A DNA stretch of 64,000 bases, from contig JBGTAN010000040.1 in assembly GCA_041749855.1 (NCBI GenBank), forward strand, positions 7,921-71,920. Direction: 5' to 3'. Shown here piece by piece: positions 1-9,416 of the stretch (its first letter is position 1; each line of letters opens with the position of its first letter). A model generated the notes under the pieces. The model was not told the origin of the DNA. It searched no databases and was given only the letters and a program-made list of their open reading frames with translations. Source of the DNA: Bdellovibrionota bacterium (lineage in GTDB: Bacteria > Bdellovibrionota > FAC87 > UBA2466). The position numbers were made by a program, and so were the translations under genes.

Positions 1-666
1 GCGATTGGCAGCAGGGGCAAGGTGCCCATCTTGGTCGGCGGCAGTTACTTTTATTTGCGCGCCCTTCAAAATGGGATGTATCCGACCGGCGGCTATGACG
101 ACGCTTTGCTGGATTCCATCACCGAAGAGTTCACCACAGAGGACTTACTCGACACCGCCAAAATGCATGAGACCTTGGCGAAAGCGGATCCGGATGCCGC
201 ACAAAGCATTCATCAAAATGACGAGTATCGACTCGTTCGAGCGGTAGCGATGGTGCGGTCGGGCAAGAAGCCGAGCACTTTGAAACCTAGCGAGGGCTTG
301 GATGCGAAGTGGGTATGGATTAAGTATGCCATGGCGGTCTCTCGCAAACGCTTGGCCACCAACATTGCGCTTCGAACGAGCCACATGCTGAAAGCAGGTC
401 TCGTCGACGAAGTCAGATCACTCATGGACAAGCATGCGGGAGCCAAACCACTGGAGAGTATTGGGTACAAAGAAGCGAGTCGCTTTCTGCGCGGCGATCT
501 GCCTGAAGGCAAGCTCGAACAGGAAATCAACGAGAACACGCGCCGGCTGGTTAAGCGGCAAATGACGTGGCTTCGCTCTGACCCCGAAGTGCGTTTTATC
601 GACTCGGGCGATCTGCCCAGGGTCGAGCTGGAGATTTCCAATTTGCGATCGGCGCTGGGAGAATAG
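1..666 (+). CDS. miaA: tRNA dimethylallyltransferase MiaA, 5' end lies upstream of window
   Basis: Frame-1 translation from nt 1 (..GKVPILVGGSYFYLRAL..) matches the conserved MiaA core; the reading frame is open to the window edge and stops at 666. Confidence 0.8.
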   Translation, partial: AIGSRGKVPILVGGSYFYLRALQNGMYPTGGYDDALLDSITEEFTTEDLLDTAKMHETLAKADPDAAQSIHQNDEYRLVRAVAMVRSGKKPSTLKPSEGLDAKWVWIKYAMAVSRKRLATNIALRTSHMLKAGLVDEVRSLMDKHAGAKPLESIGYKEASRFLRGDLPEGKLEQEINENTRRLVKRQMTWLRSDPEVRFIDSGDLPRVELEISNLRSALGE

Positions 667-667
667 C

Positions 668-1558
668 ATGCAATCTATGACGGGATTTGGCCGTGCCGAC
701 GCCACACTCGATGGCTTTCAATACAGCTTCGAAATCAAAAGCGTGAATCATCGGTACCTTGATATGCGTTTTCGCCTCCCTCCCCTGCTCTCAGCTTTGG
801 AGTCTTCCTTTGCCGAAGTGCTACGCGGCTGCGTTCAACGCGGCTCACTCGAGGTTTCCGTCCGAATCAAGGCGGCAACCTCCAAAGAGGCCATTCAAAG
901 CGGCATCCAATACCGAGTGGATCTGGGTGCAGCCCAGAGTCTCATCGAAGCCTGTCAGCTTCTTGCCACACGCTTTGGAACCACTGAGACTCCCTCCTTA
1001 GAAATGCTGGAGCGAACCGGAAAAGTCTTTCTCACCGTCGAAGAGCCCAAGGAGGCCGTGGCCTTTAGCCCAAGTTTGCGTTCCCTCTTGGAAAAGGCCT
1101 GTGAGGCCCTCTCCCAAGATCGCCTGCGCGAGGGCACCCAAACCGGAAAAGCCTTGGCCCTAATCTTGGCCGACCTAAAGGGCTTCCATCAGCAATGGAA
1201 GCAGGCAGCCGTGAATCAACCTACGCTTATCCGGGAGCGACTAATAAAGCGGGTGCAGCAGTGGAACTTATCCGCACCCGTGGATGCTCAGCGGCTCGAG
1301 ATGGAGGTGGCCCTGCTGGCAGACAAGTCAGATATCGCCGAAGAAGTGCAGCGCTTCGAGGCCCACTTGGAGGAGTTTTCCAGGCTTCTCGAGGTCCCGG
1401 GTCCGGTGGGGAGAAAACTCGACTTTTTAACCCAGGAGCTTCTTCGAGAGACCAATACTATTGCGTCCAAGGCGGATGACCTAACCCTGTCCCGGGTTGC
1501 CGTGGATGCGAAAACTGCGATCGAGAAGCTAAGGGAACAGGTGCAAAATGTCGAATAA
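668..1558 (+). CDS. yicC: YicC/YloC family stress-induced protein
   Basis: 296 aa, N-terminus MQSMTGFGRA.. typical of YicC/DUF1732; conserved position upstream of remA-gmk. Confidence 0.75.
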   Translation: MQSMTGFGRADATLDGFQYSFEIKSVNHRYLDMRFRLPPLLSALESSFAEVLRGCVQRGSLEVSVRIKAATSKEAIQSGIQYRVDLGAAQSLIEACQLLATRFGTTETPSLEMLERTGKVFLTVEEPKEAVAFSPSLRSLLEKACEALSQDRLREGTQTGKALALILADLKGFHQQWKQAAVNQPTLIRERLIKRVQQWNLSAPVDAQRLEMEVALLADKSDIAEEVQRFEAHLEEFSRLLEVPGPVGRKLDFLTQELLRETNTIASKADDLTLSRVAVDAKTAIEKLREQVQNVE

Positions 1559-1874
1559 TCAGAAGGGCTGGGATGGTGCGTCACGCCGCGGGGGCGTAAA
1601 CGTCGGTTATGGTAACTTTGTGTTCCCACAAAGGATTATTGCCATTCTGGAGTCAGGGTCCTTACCGACAAAGCGTATGCGGGACAAGAGCGTTCAGGCC
1701 AATATGTTGGTCGACGCGACTGCAGGTCGCAAAACGCGCTCTCTCATCGTGATGGACTCACAGCACGTGGTTCTTTCGGCGCTGGCGCCTCAAACGCTGA
1801 ATGACCGCCTACTCGAGGCACAGTCGAGAAATACGGCTGCACTGGAGTTGGAGGGAGGGGAAATTGTTGAATGA
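1548..1874 (+). CDS. remA: DUF370/RemA (YlzA)-like small regulator
   Basis: Core VNVGYGNFVFPQRIIAILESGSLPTKRMRDKSVQANMLVDATAGRKTRSLIVMDSQHVVLSALAPQTLNDRL aligns with B. subtilis RemA (LIDATYGRRTRAV.IMDSDHIILSAVQPETV..RL); the yloC-ylzA-gmk synteny is preserved. Confidence 0.7.
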   Translation: MSNNQKGWDGASRRGGVNVGYGNFVFPQRIIAILESGSLPTKRMRDKSVQANMLVDATAGRKTRSLIVMDSQHVVLSALAPQTLNDRLLEAQSRNTAALELEGGEIVE

Positions 1875-2460
1875 GGAGAAAGCAGGTTTGGTTACCGCAC
1901 CACAACCACGGCTGCTCATCGTGTCAGCCCCCAGCGGGGCGGGCAAGACCACGCTTTGCGAACGCCTCATTCAGGAAAACCCCCGCATCGCCTTATCGAT
2001 ATCAACGACGACCCGCCCGCAGCGCCCCTATGAAACCGAAGGAAAACACTACCACTTTGTGACGCCGCAAGCGTTTCAGGAAAAAATTGACCGAGGGGAC
2101 TTTGCCGAATGGGCAGACGTTCACGGCAAGCGCTACGGCACCGACCGTAGTGTTATCGACAGCTGCCTAAAGTCGGGCAAGCACATCCTGTTCGACATCG
2201 ATGTCCAGGGCGCGATGAACCTCAAGAAGCAGTACGCCAACCGGACTGTGCTTGTATTTATCGAGCCGCCCAGCATGGAGGTTCTCGAAGCACGCCTTCG
2301 CAACCGCAAGAGCGAGGGCTCGCAGTCTATTGAAACGCGCTTGCGCAACGCCTACAATGAGCTGCAATGGAGCACGAAGTTCGACTACCGAATAGTCAAC
2401 GACGAACTGGAAAGCGCGTACAGCCAACTCCGAGCGATAGTGGAAAGGGAGTGTCTGTGA
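1864..2460 (+). CDS. gmk: guanylate kinase
   Basis: P-loop SAPSGAGKTTL plus conserved Gmk body. The ORF opens at 1801, but the start is probably a TTG at about 1864-1868 just before the remA stop at 1874. Confidence 0.85.
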   Translation: MLNEEKAGLVTAPQPRLLIVSAPSGAGKTTLCERLIQENPRIALSISTTTRPQRPYETEGKHYHFVTPQAFQEKIDRGDFAEWADVHGKRYGTDRSVIDSCLKSGKHILFDIDVQGAMNLKKQYANRTVLVFIEPPSMEVLEARLRNRKSEGSQSIETRLRNAYNELQWSTKFDYRIVNDELESAYSQLRAIVERECL

Positions 2461-4646
2461 GCCCTAAGGCAAACCAGGCTCCCCCCGGCGAACCCAGCAT
2501 CGAAGATCTTCTGACTAGGGTCACCCGCAACCACCCGAAAGCGGATTTGGCGCTCATTCGTAAAGCGTACGAGTTCTCTCGCTCTTTGCACACGGGGCAA
2601 AAGCGATCGAGCGGCGAACCCTACATCCTCCACCCTATGGAAGTGGCGAAAATTCTCGCCGATTACAAGCTTGATACCGTGACGGTCGCCACGGGCCTTT
2701 TACACGACACGGTGGAAGATACCGTCACCACGGTCGAGGAAATTCAAAAGAATTTCGGCGCTGAAATAGCAGGTCTCGTCGACGGACTCACGAAGATCAG
2801 TAAGATCACCTTCCATACGAGCGAAGAAAAGCAGGCGGAAAATTTTCGCAAGATGATCTTGGCCATGGCGAAAGATATTCGTGTCATCTTAGTCAAACTT
2901 GCGGACCGTCTTCACAACATGCGCACGCTGCAACACTTACCTCCCGAAAAACAAGCCTTGATTGCGGCAGAGACTTTGGACATTTACGCGCCGATTGCGA
3001 ACCGATTGGGCTTAAGTGAACTCAAGCGAGAGCTCGAAGATCTCGGACTCCGGTTCACCAAACCAGAGGTCTATTACAAGCTCGTCACCAACGTCGCCAA
3101 AAAGATGAAAGAGCGCGAGTCCTACACAACCAAGGTGCAGGAGATGATAGAGGCCGCGCTCAAAGACCATGGGCAAGAACATGGCTTGGTGACTGGCCGC
3201 CCGAAACATTTTTTCAGTATCCACAAGAAAATGGAAGAAGGCGGCTTGTCTTACGATCAGGTGTACGACATCACGGGCTTTCGCGTCATCGTCACGACCA
3301 TTGAACAATGTTACGGCGCACTGGGCATCGTCCACTCTCTCTGGACACCCATTCCCGGGCGGTTCAAAGACTACATCGCCATGCCGAAAGAAAACTTCTA
3401 CCAAAGTTTGCACACAACGGTGTTCGGACCCGACGGTGAACGCATTGAGATTCAGATTCGCACGCAAGAAATGGATGAAACTGCGGAGAAAGGCATCGCC
3501 GCGCACTGGGCTTATAAAGAAGCTGGCATTTCCCCCAAAGATAAAAAGACTTTCGCTTGGTTGAATCGCCTCATGGAGTGGAACCGGGATCTTTCGGACC
3601 CCTCGGAATTTCTCGAGTCGGTGAAGCTCGACCTCTTCGCTGAAGAAGTTTACATTTTCACACCCCAGGGACAGCTTTTGTCCTTTCCCTTCGGCGCCAC
3701 ACCGCTTGATTTTGCTTACGCTATCCACACTGACTTAGGGCACCGCTGCATCGGGGCCAAAGTCGAAGGCAAGCTCGTACCGCTGAAGTACACCCTGAAG
3801 AGTGGAGATACCGTCTCCATCCTGACTTCCCCTACTCAGCGCCCCAACAAAGACTGGCTGAAGATCGTTCATACTTCGCGCGCGAAGAACAAAATCCGCC
3901 AGTACATCAAAGTGGAAGAGTTCGAGAAAAGTAAATCCCTCGGCGAGTCGATGCTTGAGCGAGAGCTTAAGAAACTTAAACTCACCGTTAAGAGTGCTAC
4001 GAAAGATGGCACACTCAGTAAAATTGCCGAGAGTTTTACGCTTAAATCTGTCGACGACCTTCTGTCGGCAGTAGGCTACGGCAAATTATCCATTGCCAAA
4101 GTCATCACCAAGATTTCCCCCAAGGTTGCTGAAACGAAGGAACCCTCCGGCCCTTTGCAACGCATGTTCGATGCGGCCAAGGGCGCGGCGAGCAGCAAGC
4201 GCACCGCCATTACCGTTAAAGGCGTAGAAGATCTGCTGGTGCGCTTTGCCCGCTGCTGCAATCCTGTTCCGGGAGATTCGGTCATTGGGTTCATCACACG
4301 CGGACGCGGCATCAGCGTCCATGCCAGAAAGTGCCCCAAGATCTTTGACTCCGATCCCCATCGGTTGGTGGACATTGAATGGGATCATTCCAAACAAGAT
4401 CGTCGCGAGGTGAAAATCCGGGTGGTCTCCGAAGATCGTCCAGGGTTGCTTGCCGACTTGTCTGAAACGATTCGGGATCAGAAGGTCAATATTGCCAAAG
4501 CCCAGATTGGGACTACGAAAGATAAGAAGGCGGTTTGCACTTTCTCTATTTCGATCACCGACCTTCCCTCCTTGCGAAAAGTCATTTCCTCCTTAGAGGG
4601 AGTCAAAGGCGTCATCTCTGTAACCCGCGTCCAACGCACCCAGTAA
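2457..4646 (+). CDS. rel: bifunctional (p)ppGpp synthetase/hydrolase (RelA/SpoT family, HD + synthetase + TGS + ACT)
   Basis: HD-domain motif (HTGQKRSSGEPYILHPMEVA) and synthetase domain. The probable GTG start at 2457 overlaps the gmk stop (GTGA); the ORF track extends it to 2367 inside gmk. Confidence 0.9.
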   Translation: MSPKANQAPPGEPSIEDLLTRVTRNHPKADLALIRKAYEFSRSLHTGQKRSSGEPYILHPMEVAKILADYKLDTVTVATGLLHDTVEDTVTTVEEIQKNFGAEIAGLVDGLTKISKITFHTSEEKQAENFRKMILAMAKDIRVILVKLADRLHNMRTLQHLPPEKQALIAAETLDIYAPIANRLGLSELKRELEDLGLRFTKPEVYYKLVTNVAKKMKERESYTTKVQEMIEAALKDHGQEHGLVTGRPKHFFSIHKKMEEGGLSYDQVYDITGFRVIVTTIEQCYGALGIVHSLWTPIPGRFKDYIAMPKENFYQSLHTTVFGPDGERIEIQIRTQEMDETAEKGIAAHWAYKEAGISPKDKKTFAWLNRLMEWNRDLSDPSEFLESVKLDLFAEEVYIFTPQGQLLSFPFGATPLDFAYAIHTDLGHRCIGAKVEGKLVPLKYTLKSGDTVSILTSPTQRPNKDWLKIVHTSRAKNKIRQYIKVEEFEKSKSLGESMLERELKKLKLTVKSATKDGTLSKIAESFTLKSVDDLLSAVGYGKLSIAKVITKISPKVAETKEPSGPLQRMFDAAKGAASSKRTAITVKGVEDLLVRFARCCNPVPGDSVIGFITRGRGISVHARKCPKIFDSDPHRLVDIEWDHSKQDRREVKIRVVSEDRPGLLADLSETIRDQKVNIAKAQIGTTKDKKAVCTFSISITDLPSLRKVISSLEGVKGVISVTRVQRTQ

Positions 4647-4716
4647 GGGCCTTCAGCTCCCCGCTTCCGGCCTTTTGCTTTTGAAGAAAACGCCCGATAA
4701 CATTAACGCTCTCACT

Positions 4717-6237
4717 ATGAACTCAAAATCACTTACCATTTGGATTCTTGTCTTGGGTTGGAGTCAAGTAGGCCAAGCTACGCTTCCCCCCGACGCTCAG
4801 GCTTTTTTGAATATGATTCCTGAGAAGGCTCTTACTCTGGATTTGGTGCTAGGGCGCGCCATCGCCAGCTCCGACAACTACCGCGCCCTGAAAGTTCAAA
4901 AAGACGCAGCAAATACCGTTCAGTTGCGCGCCGAATCATCTCTTTCTACACAGCTCACAGCGGGCTTAGAATGGCAGGACGATCGCACACAACCCCAAAT
5001 CATTTTCATGCCGAGCCGCACCCAGGGCACGAAGTACTCTTTGGGAGCTTCCACCCTGTTCACTACAGGGACGCACGTCGCGCTCTCGCTTTCTCACGGT
5101 CGCACGGAACTGACGCTTTCCGGTTCGCCCATCCCCCCCTTTACTGAGACGCGCGGCGCCCTCACGCTTTCTCAAAGCCTATGGCGAAACTTTTTGGGAG
5201 CGTCGACTAAGGCAGGACTGAAGTCTGCTGAGCAGCAGACCGTGGCGAACCAAGCGGCGTTTGAGCAAAACCGAGAAGAATGGTTTCTTCAGCTAGGAGG
5301 CTTGTACTACCAGGCCTGGGCAGCACAAGCTCGGGTAGCCGCATCCCGGAAAAACCTAGAGCGACAAGAGCGCCTCCTCAAAATCATCAATATCAAACTT
5401 AAGCGCGGGACCGCGGAAGCACCTGACCGGATTCAAGTTCTATCGGCAAAAACCAATGCGCAGCTGCAACTGGAGCAAGACGAGCAAGATCTGGGCGACT
5501 TGTGGCGCACACTGCTCACCACCCTGAAGCTTCCGGAGCAGTGGGCCAGTATCGACCCCGCCGAAATTCCGATGAAACTGGATGCTCCCATCACCCAGGC
5601 ACTGCGTGAATGTGGCAACAAGTCTACTTTGAATGCGGAGCCCAAAACGACTTCGGCGATAAGGATCGCCGATGCCATGCGGGATTCTGCACAGTTCGCG
5701 CTGGAGAAAGCAAAGTCTGACTACCAACCGTCGCTCGACCTGGGACTGTCGCTCGGAGCCAATCGCATCGACCCCAACTCCGCTGCCACTTGGGATTTTT
5801 TCAATTTGCAATACCCCCGATATGCAGCCGGCATCACCTTTCGCTATCCGATTGGCTTGACTGCCGAGAAAGCCGCTCACACTGAAGCCGTTGTGAATCA
5901 GATTCGGGCGGACGCGATGGCGCAGCAGGCGCGCGATATGGGCAAAGTCGACTGGGCAAATGGTTGCCTGACCCTACAGCGGCTCCAGCGGAGCCGGGAC
6001 TGGTTGGCTGTCGTTGCAGAGAACCAGCACAAGCGCGAAGAGCTCGAGGAAGAACGTTTTCAAATTGGGCGCGCAGGCACACTCCAAGTGATTATGGCTG
6101 GTGGGGATGCAACCCAGGCCGAGCAAATGTTGAACTTGGCGCAAACACAAGTGCGCCTAGCCGCATGGAAAGTGCTTCGCCTTACCGGTGCCCTGAACAA
6201 ATACCTCGATAATTTGGAGCGGTCCGAAAACAAATGA
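4717..6237 (+). CDS. TolC-family outer membrane efflux protein
   Basis: About 500 aa with signal peptide MNSKSLTIWILVLGWSQVGQA and an OMF-like repeat body; the stop overlaps the RND start (ATGA at 6234-6237). Confidence 0.75.
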   Translation: MNSKSLTIWILVLGWSQVGQATLPPDAQAFLNMIPEKALTLDLVLGRAIASSDNYRALKVQKDAANTVQLRAESSLSTQLTAGLEWQDDRTQPQIIFMPSRTQGTKYSLGASTLFTTGTHVALSLSHGRTELTLSGSPIPPFTETRGALTLSQSLWRNFLGASTKAGLKSAEQQTVANQAAFEQNREEWFLQLGGLYYQAWAAQARVAASRKNLERQERLLKIINIKLKRGTAEAPDRIQVLSAKTNAQLQLEQDEQDLGDLWRTLLTTLKLPEQWASIDPAEIPMKLDAPITQALRECGNKSTLNAEPKTTSAIRIADAMRDSAQFALEKAKSDYQPSLDLGLSLGANRIDPNSAATWDFFNLQYPRYAAGITFRYPIGLTAEKAAHTEAVVNQIRADAMAQQARDMGKVDWANGCLTLQRLQRSRDWLAVVAENQHKREELEEERFQIGRAGTLQVIMAGGDATQAEQMLNLAQTQVRLAAWKVLRLTGALNKYLDNLERSENK

Positions 6238-9200
6238 ACCGACTGATTGCCTTTTTCGTCGACAAACGCGTCTTCGTCGACCTGTTCACTATCTTTGTGA
6301 TCCTGGTGGGGATCGTCAGCATTATGCTGATCCGACGAGAGGTCTTTCCCAATGTCAGCTTTGAGATAGTCACCGTAACCACAGTAGTTCCAGGAGCGTC
6401 TGCGGAAGAAGTAGAAAAGCTCGTCACCAACCCCATTGAACAAGACCTTCAAGAAGTCGATGGCATCAAGAAGCTCACTTCGAAATCCGTCGAGAACATG
6501 AGTGTGATTGTCGCTCAGCTCGACCCGGACCAAACGACCGAAGCGCAAGGCAAGCAAGATATTCAAGATGTCGTGGACCGAGTGATTCTCCCCTCCTCTG
6601 CTCAAGACCCCGCGGTGCTGGCGGTCAAAAGCACTCAAACCCCCATCATTCAGGTATCTGCGAGCGGCAACCTACCAGAGATGGAACTTCGAGAGCTCGC
6701 TCGCCAGCTAGAAAAAAAGATTGAAGCGATTTCGGGAGTGGCCCGCGTTGTACATGCCGACTTGCGCGATAAGGAAATCCGGGTCGAAGCAGACCCCGCG
6801 AAACTGCGCAAGTATCGGCTTTCGCTTGAAGACATTATCCGCTCACTAAGCGGCCAAAACCAAACCATCTCGGCCGGCACTTTGGAGGTTTCGGAAAAGC
6901 AACCCGACGGACAAGAACGTCTGGTTCGAACCGTGGGCGAATTCCTCACGCTTGAGGATGTAAAAAATACGGTGATTCGAGCCAACGAGACAGCCCGATC
7001 CATCCGGGTAGGCGATGTCGCCCGCGTTTATTTCGATTTAGAAAAATCGCAGCTGCGTAGTCGTACCAATGGCCTCGCCTCTCAAGATTTAACGGTTCTA
7101 AAGAAGGCTAGTGCGGATGCCATCACGGTCGTCGATCAAGTCATTAAGACCGTGAATGAGTCCGCGCCCCTGCTTGCGAAGGGCATTTCGATTTCTTACG
7201 TGAATGACTTCTCTGAGCTGATTCGCCGCCGCCTGGGCGTTCTCTCCGGAAACCTCCTGATCGGCTTGATCCTCGTCATGATCATTCTAGGCGTAACGAT
7301 GAAATTTCGGATCGCGGCGATTGTCTCGCTTGCTATCCCGTTTTCCTTCTTGGCAACCATGATTGTCTTCCAGAACCAAGGCTTTGGGGTCAATCTCATT
7401 TCTCTTATCGGCCTGATTATTGTCTCGGGGATGCTCGTCGATAACGCGATTGTGGTAACGGACAATGCGGTCCGTCTTATGGAGGAAGGCGACTCCCCAC
7501 GTGACGCGGCTGTTAAAGGGACCCAACAAGTTTGGCCCGCCGTGACCGCTTCGGTGCTCACCACCCTGTTCGCGTTTTTGCCGATGATGTTTATGAGCGG
7601 CATCTTTGGAAAATTCGTTCGAGAAATCCCGCTCGGAGTCGTCATCGCACTGCTCTTTAGCTTAGTGGAAGCGTTCTTTATTCTTCCTTCACATATTTCT
7701 ACCTGGGTACGGATAAATCCCAACCGTGCGCCCCAAGATCAACCTGCAAAGAAGCGGCGTTTCCTTAAATTTCTCGATGGCATGTGGTCTCAAAAGGTCA
7801 TGCCTCGTTACATAAGCATCGTAGGCACGCTGGTAAAGCACCGCTATCTCACGACCGGGGCTTCGGTTTTGATTTTTGTTGGCAGCCTCCTACTCGCCAA
7901 GTTCGGCATGCGCTTTGTCCTTTTTCCACCCGATGGCGTGGAAGGCTTCTTTATTCGCTTTGAGGCTCCGAGCGGCACGAACCTGGACCAAATGCTGGAA
8001 CGAGTTAAACCCCTTGAGAAAGTGGTCAGTGCCCTGCCCAAAGATGTCCTCAAGGACTACGTTACCAATATTGGCATTCAGCAACAGGATGCAAACGACC
8101 CTGAAAGTCGTCGCGGAACCGAGTACGGGCAGTTAACCATTTACTTACAGCCCACGGAAATCCGTCGGACCCCCCTACAGGAAGTGATTGACCAATTGCG
8201 GGATCCGATCATGAAAGTACCAGGATTTTCTCGAGTCACTTTTGACCAGATACAGGGCGGGCCTCCCGTAGGTAAGCCCGTTTCCTTGAGCATCCAGTCC
8301 GAAGAATATTCCGACATCCTGCCCGCGGTGGCTAAACTAAAACAGGTCTTGGGCGGATTCGCCGGCGTGTCAGATATCACCGATAGCTACTTGCTCGGCA
8401 AAAAAGAGTTGGTGGTTAAAGTAAATGCCGCTGAAGCAGCTGCCGCAAATCTCTCCGTGCAATCCATTGGAATGGCCGTGCGAGCGGCTTTCGAAGGCGT
8501 AGAAGCCACCGCCGTGCGTGCATTGGACGAGGAAATCCAAGTCCGAGTATCCCTGCCAAAAGCCTCTCGTTCCGATGAGCAAACGGTTCGCAAACTACTC
8601 ATCCCCAATTCACAGGGCCAGCTGATTCCCCTCACTAGCGTCGCACGCATAGAGCAGGCTCAAAATCTCGCGATCTATGAACACGATGGCAGTCGACGGG
8701 AAGTCAGAGTGACTGCCGAAGTAGATGTAAATGTCGCCACCGCGGTCCAAGTGAACGCATTGCTCAAAGCGCAGATGCAGGACATTTCCAAAGAGTTTCC
8801 CAAAGTGAAAATTGGCTTTCGGGGCGAAGACGAAGACACCCAAGAGAGCCTAGCTTCTTTGGGGCGCGCGTTTGGAGTCGCCTTTCTGGCTATTTTCCTA
8901 ACGCTTGTTTTCACTTTTCAGAACCTGCTCCAGCCTTTGCTCGTCATGGTCACTATTCCGCTGGGGATTACCGCTGTGATCTTTGCTTTCTTCGTCCATG
9001 GCCGCCCTTTAAGCTTTATGGGTTTCATGGGAATTATTGCGCTAGCAGGCGTGATCGTAAACAACGCCATTGTCTTGGTGGACTTCATCAACCAAAGCCG
9101 CGCGGAAGGGATGAGCAAATACGACAGCATCATCCATTCTGCTCATAAACGCTTGCGTCCCATTCTGCTCACGACATTGACCACTGTGGTGGGACTCATG

Positions 9201-9416
9201 CCGACGGCCTACGGAATCGGCGGAACAGATCCCTTTGTTGTTCCCATCGCGCTTGCGCTGGGTTGGGGACTCACGTTTGGATCCGTCCTAGCCACCTTCG
9301 TGTTCCCCGCGGGAGTCGCGGTGTTGGATGATATTGAAGCGGGTCTTAATTGGCTGCGGGCGAAGATTTTTCCGGGCTACCGACGTAGCTTGCAGGAACA
9401 GCAGGAAAAGAAGTAA
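6234..9416 (+). CDS. RND efflux transporter permease (AcrB/CzcA family)
   Basis: 1060 aa with a typical N-terminus (MNRLIAFFVDKRVFVDLFTIFVILVGIVSIMLIRREVFPNVSFE) and 12-TM RND architecture. Confidence 0.9.
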   Translation: MNRLIAFFVDKRVFVDLFTIFVILVGIVSIMLIRREVFPNVSFEIVTVTTVVPGASAEEVEKLVTNPIEQDLQEVDGIKKLTSKSVENMSVIVAQLDPDQTTEAQGKQDIQDVVDRVILPSSAQDPAVLAVKSTQTPIIQVSASGNLPEMELRELARQLEKKIEAISGVARVVHADLRDKEIRVEADPAKLRKYRLSLEDIIRSLSGQNQTISAGTLEVSEKQPDGQERLVRTVGEFLTLEDVKNTVIRANETARSIRVGDVARVYFDLEKSQLRSRTNGLASQDLTVLKKASADAITVVDQVIKTVNESAPLLAKGISISYVNDFSELIRRRLGVLSGNLLIGLILVMIILGVTMKFRIAAIVSLAIPFSFLATMIVFQNQGFGVNLISLIGLIIVSGMLVDNAIVVTDNAVRLMEEGDSPRDAAVKGTQQVWPAVTASVLTTLFAFLPMMFMSGIFGKFVREIPLGVVIALLFSLVEAFFILPSHISTWVRINPNRAPQDQPAKKRRFLKFLDGMWSQKVMPRYISIVGTLVKHRYLTTGASVLIFVGSLLLAKFGMRFVLFPPDGVEGFFIRFEAPSGTNLDQMLERVKPLEKVVSALPKDVLKDYVTNIGIQQQDANDPESRRGTEYGQLTIYLQPTEIRRTPLQEVIDQLRDPIMKVPGFSRVTFDQIQGGPPVGKPVSLSIQSEEYSDILPAVAKLKQVLGGFAGVSDITDSYLLGKKELVVKVNAAEAAAANLSVQSIGMAVRAAFEGVEATAVRALDEEIQVRVSLPKASRSDEQTVRKLLIPNSQGQLIPLTSVARIEQAQNLAIYEHDGSRREVRVTAEVDVNVATAVQVNALLKAQMQDISKEFPKVKIGFRGEDEDTQESLASLGRAFGVAFLAIFLTLVFTFQNLLQPLLVMVTIPLGITAVIFAFFVHGRPLSFMGFMGIIALAGVIVNNAIVLVDFINQSRAEGMSKYDSIIHSAHKRLRPILLTTLTTVVGLMPTAYGIGGTDPFVVPIALALGWGLTFGSVLATFVFPAGVAVLDDIEAGLNWLRAKIFPGYRRSLQEQQEKK

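Noticed and set aside
3012-3728. 238-aa minus-strand ORF inside rel. Similar long antisense ORFs lie inside iscS (37239-37790), the C25 peptidase gene (42898-43581), the membrane protein gene (59863-60777), the ligase gene and others
   Set aside because: They are fully embedded antisense to confidently identified conserved genes in GC-rich DNA and have no recognisable motifs. They are spurious.
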